This document shows positions 11,509 through 24,470 of a stretch of DNA of 64,000 nt, piece after piece; the stretch's first letter is position 1, and every line of letters begins with the position of its first letter. The notes below the pieces were generated by a model. That model was not told the DNA's origin, did no database searches, and saw only the letters and a list, made by a program, of their open reading frames with translations. Source of the DNA: Tubiluchus corallicola (lineage: Eukaryota > Animalia > Priapulida); NCBI GenBank assembly GCA_030141605.1, contig JAQGDQ010000087.1:124001-188000 (forward strand), read 5' to 3'. The position numbers and the translations under genes were made by a program.

Positions 11509-14500
11509 CCAACTTTTACCCGCTTTAGTCGTTGACTTTTTGTACTCGTTTTATCCACCCATTCAGTAGAATAGTCTGATCAGGTTCATTCTTATTTTCT
11601 GGCTTCATTTGTTTAAATGTAGAGATCTCTAAGGTAGGCTAGATAATTAAGATTAGCTGCTGACCTTTACTATATATTGTCACTTGCAAGTAGTAACATG
11701 TAAGCCTTTATTTTTTGTGATCTGCCTTTTTGTTAACTGACGCTCCTTCAGTCCTTTGTCCTGGTAAAGATTTTTTACAGGCCAACAACTGTAACTAAAT
11801 AGCTTTACATAATTAAGTTAGAGCAGCATAGATAGTTATAATGTTGTAAACTGGTCATCCTTTGGGAAAGCTTCGTCAATCTTTAATTTTATCTTTGAAA
11901 ACTGACGACTGACTTAATTCATCCTCAGAGACTGCTAACTGCGATTCCAACTGCTGTAAATTAGCAAACTAATAAATATGTAAATAAGGCATTGGGCAGA
12001 AACGGAAGGAAACAGCGTGGTACTTCAAGAGTCTGAAAGAGAACAAATTTATTGCCCCTACAAGAGGGTCTGTTAGTTTACGAACTCGTGCTTGTTTGTT
12101 ATGCTAAGACTTGGGAACAGAAAAACTTGATCCTATATTGTAATTACAAAGAAAACGGATGTTTCTACACTGTTGGAAACGCATGACCCAACTGCCTCTC
12201 TATACATATTATGAGTGATTCGGGTTTTTTAAACAATCAGTCGTTTGAGCACTGCAGTAATTGAAATTGCAAAAGATTTCACTTCCGGTAAACCTCAGAA
12301 GCAAACATTGTCTTGTTTTCGAATCTTAGATGGAAGAAGAACGCCTGTTTCGTGCTTGAAAATAATTAAGTCATAATGCTGTACTCTGTTTTCATAGATG
12401 GCGGAACAGCTACGTTTTTCTGCAGTTTTTCTCTCGGGCTTCTTAACCATGAAATTCTTGATCAGAAAATTGCTTCATTGTCATGCTTCAATTGCTAATT
12501 AATTAACTCAGGCTTTGGGCACTTGGTTGCTGAGCGCTTTTCCATATCGTGTGCGCATACTCAGCATAATATTTCTTCCATAGTGTGTAGGGATTTTTAT
12601 ATTTCAACTGGGACACATGTTCGCACAAACAGTATTTCTGTACAATACTCAGTAGGATAATATGCTCTACTCTGTTTCAATCTGTATTGTATTAAAATAC
12701 CTACCGTTCAATCAACCTCTCATTTCCCTTCTTGAAGTGAAACGCTTCTCCCCGGGGAGTTGGGTTTACTATGTATAGAGAGCATTTCAATCATGTTACA
12801 CGTGCTGCCGCATTCACTTGAGTTTTCTCCATCGAAGATTTTCGATGCTGCTCCGTGAAATTGAACGCGCGATGAAGTCCTGCGCGTACTTTTCTGCAAA
12901 TTTATACTTTAAAAGATGTTAAGGCAGCCATAGCTAAATAGAGTAGAAAGAATTATTGATTTGATTCCGGAAAATTGTGCGGTGTAGTGTAATGGTATTA
13001 CATTTTGTAGCCATGTAATTCAAGGTTGGAAAAGGGCGAATTGCTCATGAAATCTACGTAGACCAACGCAGAGCAAGCATCGCTTTTTGACGAACCCACA
13101 TTGTCTTTCCATATACGCTATGGAGGCTGTACGTATAGGGAATATTGTGCTGGCCCATAAACCTATACTCTTGCGCTGAATATTTAATCAGGCAAATATT
13201 TCTGTCTTGCTAATATTCATGGCAAATAGGTTGTGGATAAAGCTGTGGTGGTTGCAACTCAGAAGCCCTGAAGGAATTTTAATTAAAACTTGTCGGCTCT
13301 TTGTCGCTTTCTAAGCCATTTAATAATTTAAGCGAGTTTAAATTAAATTGTCTTTAAGACAACATGTCAGGATATTATAGCTGCATAAATTTAGACAGGC
13401 TGTAGGCCGTATATAACATAAGATCAGAAAACATGTGTTGACGTTGCTTAACTTGCTTCGAATAATGAAAAACGTTTAATGATTGGAATTGCAGGGTATG
13501 TCGAAAAATTAAAGCGAATAACTATTACAATCTTACAGTAACCGTTTACAATAAACGTTTTTCTTTTAAAAATTTAATAGACATATTTGAAAATAACTTG
13601 TTTGTGCGTGAAATTCAAATCTTTTGATTGTTGAACATGAAATTGCATTTGTTCGTTACATGTAATATGACAGAAACTTTGGAACTGGAAATATTCCTGG
13701 TTTACTACGGGCAAACGGCCAAACACAAACAGCAGCTTTAATTAGTTACAACGTAACCTTATTTCGAGGATTATCTCTATAGCAGTAGCTTTCTGTTGGG
13801 TGTACCACTTATAGCTTAGTGGACGAGACGAATAACTGGCAGTAAAAGTCACAAAACAAAACTTAAAAAAACAATCTTTGTTTTTGTACAAGGTTGATTG
13901 ATGCATTTATTAACAATTTTTGATACAGTAATATCTTAAATGGTTCTATTACTGTCTTAAATTGTTCTATATGGGTCGGTCAATATCAGTTGTTGACCAA
14001 GCACTATTGCTAGGTATGTGTCATTCTGAAGTGCAAAAACCATACTGTAACTGTCATTGACAGTAATATATTGTACAGGCTCTTACGCCCTAAGCCGATA
14101 TATGACAAGTATGATTCTTGCCTGTAGTAAATTTAGGGATGTCTTTACTTAGCACCCTCAAAGTTGTTGGCGTCAGTTTTTTTCTTTTCTTTTTGTCATA
14201 TAATGCTGTTTATTACACGCAGATGAATTGCTGTTATGAAATGCTTGCGTTTGGAGAAATATATATACAATATATATGTATATGTGTGTGTGATACTTTT
14301 TTCGAACATTTTCATAAATGCTCAGAAGCCTAATTAACAGCAAATATATACTGTCTATAATACTTACGGAAAACAGTAAATCTTTGATATATCAGCAAGT
14401 TACAGCTGCAATCGTAATAGACAGAGCTTGACTTTTAAATTAAGTTCTATATTTCAAGTCCTGCCTATACATTGGTTTTTGCGATAACTACTTTATTTTC

Positions 14501-15567
14501 ATCTGATGCTGTCGGACAGACGGACTCGTTTGTCAGACAGACACGTTTCAAAATACGCTGTTATTTAATACAGCTTCTATTGCCTGCCACAAGTTTAGGG
14601 AATCAAAGTTTTCTCTTGAATATCAGGCGAGAAGGCGAATTTCCATTATGTTTCTACATTGCAGCATAGTTGAGCGTGGTTTAGTCGCTTTTCCTAACAC
14701 CCAACAACGCCAGGGTACTTTCGCGTCTAGTTAATTGACGCTAAAAGTTTGTGTTTTTACTTATAAATGACTTGAGGTGAAAAACGTCAACTTCTTCAAT
14801 CTCCACTGGAGGTTTAAAATCTCGACTGGAGGTTTAAAGGCAGCGTAATTAGTTAACGATCGCTGATCGATAGTAGTGCAAGTGCTCACTGTGATATTTG
14901 TGCCCTGGCCTCATTAACTGCCAACTTGTAATAGCGGCAGAAAAGGTTGAACTTTTTAAGAGCAGTTCTTTGTGAGAAAGTAGCTGATTAGTGAAATGCT
15001 GATGCTACGTTGTACGAACTGTATGGATGAAGACATTTCACCTGCTGGCTTATTTTGAAGATGGGTATACATGCATTTATTAATGACAACTCTATAGATC
15101 GATGTATACGCCAAGATATAAACTCAGATGAAATTGATGAAGAAAGACTGATCTTTTTGTTTAGTCAAGTAAATCTTAATGTAAAACGTACAAGAAATAT
15201 TCAATAAATTGTGTGAGAACCATTCGGTGTGCTCTATGAATTATGATTTTCGGTACTAATATTTTTACAAATTTAGAAATAACCACAACTTAAATCACTT
15301 ATAACTTAGCTTTCCTGTTATTAGTCGTCTGAGAAACTCAAAAGAAATTCAGTGACAGTTTATGGCATCTGGAACTGAAGCTTCGCGTATTATCTTCTGC
15401 TAGTGAACTTGAATTTTTACTTGAAGTTTTATTAGTAAATCTATTAATGGAAGCAAAAACCGACCGAAAAAATAAACCGTTCACTATTTCTGGACAATCT
15501 GGTGCGTTGGCAGATGAATATCTTGTAAACTGTATTTAGTTCAAGTTTCTCTAATGATCTTTATTTT

Positions 15568-15815
15568 GGAGAACCGAGGGAGGTGTACTTTTTTGTGCGT
15601 CGAGAAGAAAAGATCGGCAACAGGTGGTGGAAATTATTCATGAAAAAACTGTTCTGAAAAAAATGTCCGCATTCTGTCAGCCGCCGTGCCCAAAGATAAG
15701 CTTTCGAAGGCACCAACTTCTGGATTAGAAACAGCTGATTTGCAGAACTGCTAACAATTTAACACAAACAACGCAAGCTTACTTGATCCTATCTGGCTTT
15801 TATCATGGATGGTCT
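15568..15815 (+). pseudogene. Possible pogo/CENP-B-type (DDE_1) transposase relic
   Basis: One frame reads IGNRWWKLFMKK..CPHSVSRRAQ...*FAELLTI*HK....AFIMDG with several stops. This resembles the pogo pattern WxxxFxKRHPxLSxR...WFxxL...IFNMDE. Confidence 0.4.
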
Positions 15816-16770
15816 CGCGCGGGACAAGTCAAATTCATATGGACCAGTAAGGCAGCAACCGTCCAGACATGTTCCCATTAAGTTGCGCCAGTGCTGGTCT
15901 CAAATATGATAAGAAAATATGAGCAGATGGAAGGTGAATGAAGTGAAGTAGTACACTTAGGGGAAGAACGCACCGCTGATGTTTTCGCAAAGCGTTTTGC
16001 GGCACAAAGCTTAGCTATAACCTGTCTGATTCGCAGAGTTATTGCATAAATTGTACATGACAGCATTGGCTCAACATTTGATTTTTATCAGCTGAATAAA
16101 TGCACCTCAGAGAAAAATATTAGCATTTAGTATTTTAAGTTTCTAAATTCCTTGGCAACATGCAGCTTAATCAATAAAACTCTTGCCATGCTTAAGGTAA
16201 GCCACTCATTCAAGACCTTGATGTGTCAGTTTTTGTTTTACTTTTACTGTAAGTGTAATCATGCTACTACAGTCCTACTTTTTCTCAAACTGTACTTTGT
16301 GGTAATGACTTTGACTTCATTAATTTAAATATACTGCTGCCGTGTGTGTTGAGGTGTGACATTGCTATAAACCATATTACACCCTGACTTTATTAGCATG
16401 CTCTTCTCTATTTTGTTTTTAACTAATGATTAAAGCACGTTGCGTGACTAATAGCACGTTGCTGTTGATTTGTCCAATTAATTAACTTTTGAAATTTTCA
16501 TAATGCGCTGCTTTGATTAGTATGATGTGAATAAACTAACGAGTTGTTGAATTTTTAGATTTTTAGTAAAACTAATGAGTTTTCATGGATTTTCAATAAA
16601 CTTTTTAAGACGTTGCTGATTGATCAAAATTTTTGTTTGGTTTTTCACTATTACTACTTCATTATAACGCTATGTTATATTATAACATGTGTGAAAGTAT
16701 CACATAATTAAGAAAATTTGTTTTACATGTATTTTGCAATTGAATTAAAGCTGAGTTTATAGACGTTATA

Positions 16771-17400
16771 CAGGGTGAGCACAAAGTTTCTTCCTGAACA
16801 GGGAAAACAGTGTCTCAGACGCCATTCTGATACAAACATGAATGTGATAGTATTGTGAAGAGAATTCGTAGATCTTGTTTCACGGGCTTTGTTACAGACA
16901 TTTTTCCAGTCAGGCGGTGCTGCAAGCACCAGTATCAGCATCTGTGGTCTCTTGCATAACAAGATTATTGGAGTTTTCTTCCTTACCAAGACCACCAATT
17001 TAGTAAATATTTACCTGGACGTGTTGCAGCTTTTGTTGCATCTCACTTAGAACATTATCAGCCATGGGTCGTTTACCAACAAGATGTTGGATCTCTGGAC
17101 TCGGGTTTAGTTGTCCGTCAGTTTTTGAATGAAAACTTTCCAAACCAAAGAACTGAGAAAAGTGATCCATCACGATGGCCACCAACGTTGGACGTTCATC
17201 ACATCTTGATTTTTTACGGGAGTGTACTATACGAAGGACAAAATGTACTGTTCATCAGTTTCTAATATTGCAACTCTGAAAGCAAGGTTGACGGAGGCAC
17301 TAGTGACGGTGAACGAAGAGATGCTGCAGAAAACATCGTGTTAAATGGAGTACAGTATCACTTAGATGCTCTCCAGAAAATAGCAGAGTACGTCTTGTAG
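16771..17400 (+). mobile_element. Decayed Tc1/mariner-superfamily element with transposase remnants
   Basis: TA|CAGGGTG terminus at 16769-16777, then frameshifted peptides CGLLHNKIIGVFF, IYLDVLQL, VRQFLNENFPN, SRWPP, KDKMY and IATLKARLTEAL...EEML. These follow the order of the Tc3/mariner-like catalytic domain (the WPPRSPDL region). Confidence 0.8.
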
Positions 17401-17833
17401 TTCGCCATCAGTACCAGTGAAAAACTTTTTGAGATAAGATATAAGCTGCAAGAAATTAAATATATATAATCTTTATTTATTTAAAGTGGATTAACAAAAC
17501 TGTAGTACTTGATACAAGTCTCTCCACAGCGTAGGTGCAAGTGAGTGAATGCATTATAACATCGATAAGATTTTCAAGCATATAACATCAACTAGGCATA
17601 CATATATCAGTTTGGCATAGTATATATCATCTGGGCATTAAACAATGCAGTAGATCATGTAAATTAAACAATACATGAATTCACGTCAAAAGAAGTGCAA
17701 AAAATTAAATGCGTGTTTGTACAAAATGTTTTGTGTAACAGAAGACTTTGTTCGTCTGTATATTTTCCATTTATAAAAACACTGTATTTTAAAAACTGAA
17801 GATTGTGCAGTCCTTACGTAATTACAATTACTG

Positions 17834-18017
17834 GTTAAAGATGAGCACATTTTAGTAATGTGGTAGATTGTAATTGATGGTGACTCTGCTGAGTAAATTT
17901 TTTTATTAAAATGTAGACAAAAAAGTTAAAGATGAGCACATTTTAGTAATGTGGTAGATTGTAATTGATGGTGACTCTGCTGAGTAAACTTTTTTATTAA
18001 AATGTAGACAAAAAAGT
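17834..18017. repeat. Near-perfect 91-bp tandem duplication (2 copies)
   Basis: gttaaagatgagcacatttt...gtagacaaaaaa starts at 17834 and again at 17925. Confidence 0.95.
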
Positions 18018-19641
18018 AAGTTATTAAATATCTGTGTGAATTACGCGTCGCCAAAAGCGAGGGTGTCTTCAGTTCTTTGTTCATCAGCGAGTTGATCATT
18101 AACACTAAAGCAGCTGCAGCGTTGTCCACACTGAAATGTAGGTTGCTATCTTCTAGTGATTGCCGACGTGAAATTGATTATATCAATAAAATTCCACACG
18201 CATTTATAACAGGAGACTGTAGTGCTTGAGGGCAGCAGACCGGTACAGTTGCTTGTCTAGATGTGGCAACAGTCAAATTCGTCTATAGATTTTACTATTA
18301 TTTATAGTCTATTGTCCTCTCAAAATATTTTGCTTTATATACATTATAACAATATAATCCTTTGCATATGTACATTGAAGGCATCGTGCTTTTTGAAAGC
18401 ATCGGTGTTATGTTGCTTTACGTTTAATTTATTTAAACTAAAGTTCAAGTATGGCAGCTTAAATGTCGGTGACATGTTCTCTAAACGGTTGCTGTATACG
18501 AATTTTTAATACGGCTAGTTTATTCCTACGCCCATTACATTTGCGACTTATGGGTACATGTGTACTACGTACTTACATATAAAAAATTAAAACGACGTGC
18601 TCGCAATATGAAAGACGACTTGGTCGTTCATTTACTTACCGTCTAGTAGAGAGCACGTCGTCTGTAGACAATAATTACAAGTCATGGTTATGGCCGCCAC
18701 CTTTCGCCACAAATATCTGCTTCTCACCACACCCTATGTGTTTGCGCCTTTCATGTTTGATCTATTGTTGCTAAGCTCATTAGTTATGGTTTTGTTCAAC
18801 CCATGTAAGTTAAAATTTTGGAGGATTTTGGCAGGTGTTTGTAATTCATGAAAACATTTACTGTACTGACTGCCTAATTTTCTATGCTTTGTATACAAAC
18901 TGTTTTTTAAACATTATTGAATTTTTTAGAATACATATGATTCGGTAAATAAGAACTTCTTATAATCACTGCCATACGTCTGTTTTCCGTTTAATTACTG
19001 CTCGTTTAATTATACGAACCATTATAGGGCTGCATAATTAAATCTGCAGGAGAAAAATAGAAATCTCTGTCCACGCTAATACGATCTGTAGCTGCTAGCT
19101 GTATATTAAGAATCAATCTCTATAATGTCACACTCAAGACGCTGTAGGTATAATATTCTCTTTCTATAAATATCAATACATTTGATGATTAAGTGTAGCA
19201 CACGTTAAGCTCCAGTAGGATTATCTGTTTCTGTCAGTGCCGTTAAATTCTTTATTTTGCGTTCAGGATTCCAACTTGTCGATAATCTGGCTGTACAATT
19301 ATTGTAATGAATATGGTCTTGATAATAATAATTGGAACTGTAAACGCCTAGATTACATCTATTACATTGGTATATTACATTGGAATTTTGATATTAGCTT
19401 TGCGTAGTCTAAATGTGAAATCCAAAATGTGAATTACAGTCACTGTGAATATTATGAGATCAATAATCGAGTGACTTGCAAGAGGTTAAGTGTCTTTTCT
19501 CTTTTTTCAATGTTGCCCACTCGATGGTTTTGTCACGTTGGCTAGGCTAGATATTCATACGTACTAAGTATATTATTTAACGAAAATCCCTCTGACATCT
19601 CGCCACTTTCAGAATAGCAAATAGATTTAATTGCAATTTAA

Positions 19642-20075
19642 AGGAAGACAGGATGATTTTTTGTACACTACCCCATTTTCAAATGGATAAAAATTATACA
19701 TTAAAGGAAGACAAGATGATTTTTTATATACTACCCCATTTTCAAATCCGATAAAAAGTATGCATTTCAACACAATTAATACTGCAAAAGCGTTTCTGAT
19801 AAGTAAATTATAGATTAAAAACTTAATAAATTAATTTTCAACGGCAAAAATATTCCATGAACGTGTTGTGCGTTTGCGAATCCAAAAATTGAAATACAGT
19901 ACTACTGTAAGACATTCAGGGTGTCATACTAAAACTAGACAAGTTATAAGATAAAAATTCAAATTTCAGATTTACGCTTTGTTCACGCATGAACTGTCGA
20001 AAGTGTGTAGTTCGTCAGAAAGTAATACATCTGAACTGAGAGGTACAGCACCTGTTTTTGTGCAATGCGTTTCCG
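19642..20075 (+). mobile_element. Kolobok-like non-autonomous element, 3'-truncated, with duplicated 5' end (about 63 bp)
   Basis: TTAA|AGGAAGACA at 19638 and again at 19701; colinear with the 43344-43947 copy up to about 20075. Confidence 0.75.
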
Positions 20076-21298
20076 AAATGGCAGTTGGTTTCTCATCTTG
20101 ATGCACTGTGTGAGATATTCGTCTTGCATGCAGTTTCGCATCCATGTTCCCACATATTGTACTTGAATAAACAAGCCGAACAAAGCCAAAGTTGTTTGCA
20201 TTTTGCAAATAATTTTTTAGCATTATAACACGAAAGCAAACGGGCGAAATTTTCAGGGTTTCTTCTGGCGTGTGAGAGTGCAACGGAATAAAGAAAAATC
20301 TTGCAATTTACACAACCATTCATGTCAGTTCGAGCTAACACATTCAGAAAGGTTTCTCCAAAGGATTTATCCTGTAATCTTGTTAGTGTGTCGCCACTTA
20401 TGCCAGCTGTTTCCCATTATAATTGTCTTGTCGCATCTTGAAGGTATAGTTTGGCTTCAAGGCACGCGAAATGTGACCACATCAATCTTTTTAATAGCGA
20501 CAGGATTACATAGATGTCTCGTTAACGTTTTTATACGAAAAATTTTAATCAATAAACATCAGTGAACTCTTTTGCCATTCTAATAGCAAACATTTTCAGA
20601 TAAAAGTTATTCGTAGTTTTACGTTTTTCAGCTCTTATTTTCTTTGCTGATTGCTGATTTGTAAGTACAATGGCTTCTATTCTTTTATGTAAAAAAGCTC
20701 CATTAATTGCATCACCCATGCAAATTTAGCTAATTTATTTATTTATTTTAATTTATTTTATTTTTATTTCGTACAAAGAGTAATGTACATTCAATGATAT
20801 GAGACATTAATTATATAATGACATGCCGAAAAAGTAATTGCTTACAATAATATACTTCATTGTGTACTGAAAGAAAATCTTGTAAGCACAACATTGATAA
20901 TGAGAAAGGGTTAGGCAAAACAAGGCAGGGTTTAAAATTAGGGTGTGTATAGAAAAGAATGCCGTTAGAGGTGCAGGTTAGTCGAGGGAGGTTAAGTACT
21001 GCAATAATATTATGTACATTATATACAAGAAAACCTAATGAGGATAAATACATTACATTAATTATACGTACATAATACATTATGCATTACTCAACTGCTT
21101 ATGAAAACAAAACATAATAGACGGCAGTGCCAAACACATGACAGTTGACAAAGATATACGTGATGTACATATAATATGAACAAATTAAAGTATTAAACTG
21201 TATAGGAATCTTGTATGTTAACGTTAAGGTGCTATACCGCGATTTATTTATGGTTTTTTGTATTTAGTTTATAAGAAATGTGCCTATGAAAAACTTTT

Positions 21299-22003
21299 AA
21301 GGAAAGCAGGATAATTTTTTATCGCATCCTATTTGAAATACGGTAAAAAGTATACATTTATGCCTATAATAATGCCAAAGCATTTCCGATAATTAAGTAA
21401 TAGGTTAAAAACTTAATTAATTTGGGCGAGCTCAGCTAGTGATGACTTCAAAATTGAACATAATTTTCAACAGCGCAACAGTGGTACTGTATTCAGTGTT
21501 ATATACGAAAAATCGGCAAATTTTAGGTTTAAAATTCAACTTTCAAGTTTCCTCTGCACTCGCTCATGACCTCTCGAACCTGTGTACTATTTCACAACCG
21601 AGCACTTCTGAATTGAGACGTGCATAAATTCCTTGTACACAATAGACACGTGTAAGTAGTTAGTCTCTTTGTGTCTTTACCATACTCTTGTAAATATTGT
21701 ATTTGTATGTTTTTGCTAACGTGTTTTATATACGTTGTTTCTATGATAGACTGTATTTTCCAATTGGGTGTGAATAAAATAAAATAGCACCAGTTTTTTG
21801 TGAAACGCGTTTCGCGCTAGCCCCGTCCACTGAATGGCGAAATGCGTGTAACAGCGAAGTACTAGCCGCGCGAACGCGAAATTACGTTTGTGTGGTAATA
21901 ATTCTTTCACGCAAGTCACTATTGAAAAAATAGTATGTTCCATTTGAATATTTTACAAGAGTAGATTGTTTTAAGTTATAGTTTAAGATTGGGACCGTTT
22001 TAA
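21299..22003 (+). mobile_element. Kolobok-like non-autonomous element, more diverged, with a ~150-bp internal insertion (about 21640-21790)
   Basis: Colinear similarity to 43344-43947, including gaatggcgaaatgc.tgtaacagcgaag.actag and the 3' end gtttaagattgggacc. Confidence 0.7.
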
Positions 22004-23480
22004 GCACAAGCTCGTTTTGCCCTTCAGTTACTAGTTTCCTGATTCAACAGAAATCGTTCCATACAGCATCTCCTGAAGGGTTTCTTTGAATCATTGTTAC
22101 ATAATGCACATTCTTCACTCAGTACAGCTGCTTTGGACATGACCGCTATACATGTTTACAGTCTGTAAAACACTGGAGATCTTGTACTTTAGTACACGCT
22201 GACGACAGTTTATTCTGTAAAACATCCGCTCATAAGTGTCGAGTTTCGTTTTTTTATCAGTATAAGAAGCTTTGTTTGAGAGTTCTACACGGCTGGCAAA
22301 TGTTTTCCAGTTCTTTGTTTTAAACAGCATCTCCAGTGCACTGTGCTTTTGCGCAGCACTAATTAAATTTCGATGAGTTAAATTGAATTCTTGAATAGAG
22401 CAGTTGGCATGTGGTAAACTCGTTCTGACTTTGTATCAATAAAAAAACGGCAAATCGCACATAAAACTTTAAGTTTTGTATAGTTTGCCTTTTTTAATTG
22501 AGAATGTTAAATTAACTTAAATTGTACGTGTACATACAACTACATTGGCGTGGTTCATTTATTTCTTATAACTACTAGTACAGCAGTACTCAAAATTAGG
22601 CTAATTTAAAGAAGATATAATTTTTTATAAAAAACTGCAGTTCTGCTATATTTTTCAGATTTTTCTTTAACACTTTGTAGCGATTAGCACCGTTAACAAT
22701 AACTACTGTGCGCTATTGTAGCGGTATTAATTTTAGAGCCTTTCAAAAAGTTTTGAACTTACAAATTTTATTTTTTTTGCGAAACTTAAATTTAGAAAAA
22801 GCTCTTCGAGTTCTTCGTAAAGCTCTATAAGTACACATAAAAGCCTAGCCGCATTCTCTCTAATTCTAGCTCTAGAATATGTACCTAGGCAAGGTTATTG
22901 TCAAGTTCTTTGATCTCGTGTTTCCTGTATCGCACAAGCACAGAGATGCTTTCTTGGAGTTTTCAACCCTCGACACGTGTCTGACACATGTCTCCTTGCT
23001 GAAGAGGCTCCAAGTTCGTAGAGAAAAAAACTGAAGCAGTCCGAAGACAAATCACCCGGAAATCAGCAACAGGCAACAAATTATTGGGAAAAAAAGATTT
23101 TGTGTTCTTAATTTAGTTTTGCCTTTGTGCATTAGTAACATTTGCGTGTTAGTGATACGCCATTTCTTCTTGTTTTGCAAGACGCGTGTCTGCAAACATG
23201 GATACGCGTCCCTTTGCTGTTAAAAAGATTCAGATGTGCAAGAAAATGATTCCTGTGCCGACACGTGAATCATGAACCTCCTATGAACGCTGCCGGAAAT
23301 TACCAAAATCATGCTGTACAGATGATCAGAAATTCGCTTAGTGTTAATGAACGTATAGTATTAAATTCATTAAAGTAGGATAAGTAAGATCCGTCCCTCC
23401 TCGTATATTTCAATCTTTGAGTGTCGTGCGACATATAACAGTACTGTAACGAAAGTGTATTGCCTCTGCAGTCTGCACAC

Positions 23481-23590
23481 CAATACATAATGCACCGCTA
23501 CACAACACAATACAATGCAGTGCTGTACAGAACAGTACAGTACAGTGCAGTGCACATTGCACTACAGTAGTGCACATTACATTTACTACA
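23481..23590. repeat. Compound pentamer microsatellite cassette (CAGTA/CAGTG/CAATA)n
   Basis: Visible pentamer repeats; reverse-complement match to 24187-24260. Confidence 0.8.
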
Positions 23591-24174
23591 ATAGAAAGTT
23601 TGTTGTTTTAGTTTCAGGGCAAATGAACTTTTCTTCAGTACTGTATAAACTGAACAGACCAATATAATATTAAACATTTATAGTATATGTATTCTGGGTT
23701 AATGTCCTTTTCTAGGATGTTATCATAATGTGTCCAGCATGAAATCTAATGTAAAAGCAGAGAAATACTTGATTAAACATTTGCTCATGTATACAGTTGA
23801 AATTGGACTCAACACTGTCAATACACATACATTCAAATTCGCCACCGTTCAAAGCAAGTGCGATTTTAATATTTGAATAACATTTCAAGTTGATTGACAG
23901 CGTCTCAGTTACTATTTGCTAAAACTTCCGCAGCGTTTTGCTTAATGATTTTCCTTTTTTATTTTCAAGACGCATAGTATTAGCATATCTTCATTACTTG
24001 TTTACTGCGTGTCTCGCAATTAGTAAGACAGCAAGATAATGATTTTTCTTTCAAATTTTTGAGCAAACTGACATCTATACTGTTTTGAGGATTTCTTTGC
24101 CTATTATTGAAATATTTGCATTTCACTGTAAAGAAAGGTTACAATTTCAGCTTATACATGACATTACATAGAAT

Positions 24175-24470
24175 ATATAGTAGACCTGTACTGCACTGCA
24201 TTGCACTGTTCTGTACTGCATTGCATTGTATTGTGTTGTGTTGCAGTGCATTATCTATTGATGTAATGTCATGCATAAGATAAAATTGTGTAGACTATGG
24301 AATAGACTTGTACTGTACTGTACTGTACTGTGCTGTACTGTACTGTACTGTGCTGTACTGTACTGTACTGTACTTCACTGCACTGCACTGCACTGTACTG
24401 TTCTTAAGTGGATTGCATTGTATTGTATTATGTTGTGGGGCATTATCTATTGATGTAATGTCATGTATAA
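24175..24470. repeat. Two tandem copies of a (TACTG/CACTG/TATTG)n cassette
   Basis: Each copy begins tagac.tgtactg and ends gcattatctattgatgtaatgtcatg.ataag. Confidence 0.85.

Noticed and set aside
16188-16202. ATG CTT AAG|GTAAGC as a 3-codon alternative first exon
   Set aside because: Phase 0 and a good donor, but too short to distinguish from chance and no promoter evidence.
22667-23347. Possible piggyBac-type MITE (TTAA|CACT ... AGTG|TTAA)
   Set aside because: Terminal match is only a few bases and needs a gap; insufficient support.
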